DNA of 64,000 nucleotides from Mobula hypostoma. Lineage: Eukaryota. Positions 63,631 to 64,000 of the stretch are shown here, one piece after another. The stretch lies in NCBI RefSeq assembly GCF_963921235.1, contig NC_086108.1:6138001-6202000 (forward strand). The letters are read 5' to 3'. A program made the translations under genes and the position numbers. The notes beneath the pieces are model-generated. The model had not been told where the DNA came from and made no database searches. It worked only from the letters and a program-made list of their open reading frames with translations. Each line of letters starts with the position of its first letter. Within the stretch, counting starts at the first letter, position 1.

Positions 63631-64000
63631 CAGAAACTCTCAACATATAGGTAATATCTTCTCCATGTCCACCCTATCTAGGCCTTTCATTGCATGATAG
63701 ATTTCAATTATGTCATAAGATATAGGAATAGAATCAGGCCATTCATTCAGCCCATCGAGTCTGCTCCGCCATTCCATCATGGCTGACTTAATTGTACTTC
63801 TCAACTCCATTCTCTTACTGTCTCACCATAACCTTTGACACCCTAACTAATCAGAACATATCACCCTCTGCTTTAAATATTCCCAATGACTTGCCCTCCT
63901 TAGGTGCCTGTGGCAATGAATTCCACAGATTCACCACCCTCCAGCTGAAGAAAAATGCCTCCTCATGTTTATTCTAAAGGGACATCCTTGTGTTCAGAGC
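63630..64000 (-). mobile_element. Old CR1 fragments flanking module X
   Basis: Matches 44510-44830 and the reverse complement of 25458-25700. Confidence 0.8.

Overview
Vertebrate genomic DNA, most likely a cartilaginous fish (inferred from the repeat content: V-SINE/HE1-like SINEs, CR1, Rex1/Babar, Penelope). The only host gene I can support is the 5' part (exons 1-4, minus strand) of a cytochrome P450 family 2 gene. Its exon sizes and phases are canonical except exon 3. It has two independent lesions, a frameshift in exon 3 and TGA in place of the conserved Arg in exon 4, so it is probably a pseudogene. Nearly everything else is transposon-derived. This includes a five-layer nested CR1 stack that makes up about 16 kb of the 26.8 kb intron 2 and creates kb-scale near-identical inverted repeats, two L1 elements, an RTE, Rex1/Babar fragments, two related solo LTRs, and hAT, Tc1 and mariner remnants. 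There are also Penelope-like fragments carrying decayed minimal hammerhead ribozymes and fold-back hairpins. A ~400 bp module with no recognisable TE similarity apart from a short embedded Rex tail occurs five times (one copy inverted in intron 2), marking old local duplications. I do not see firm evidence for a wholly new biological system; the best leads are in findings. Boundaries of old repeats are approximate and identities are by eye.
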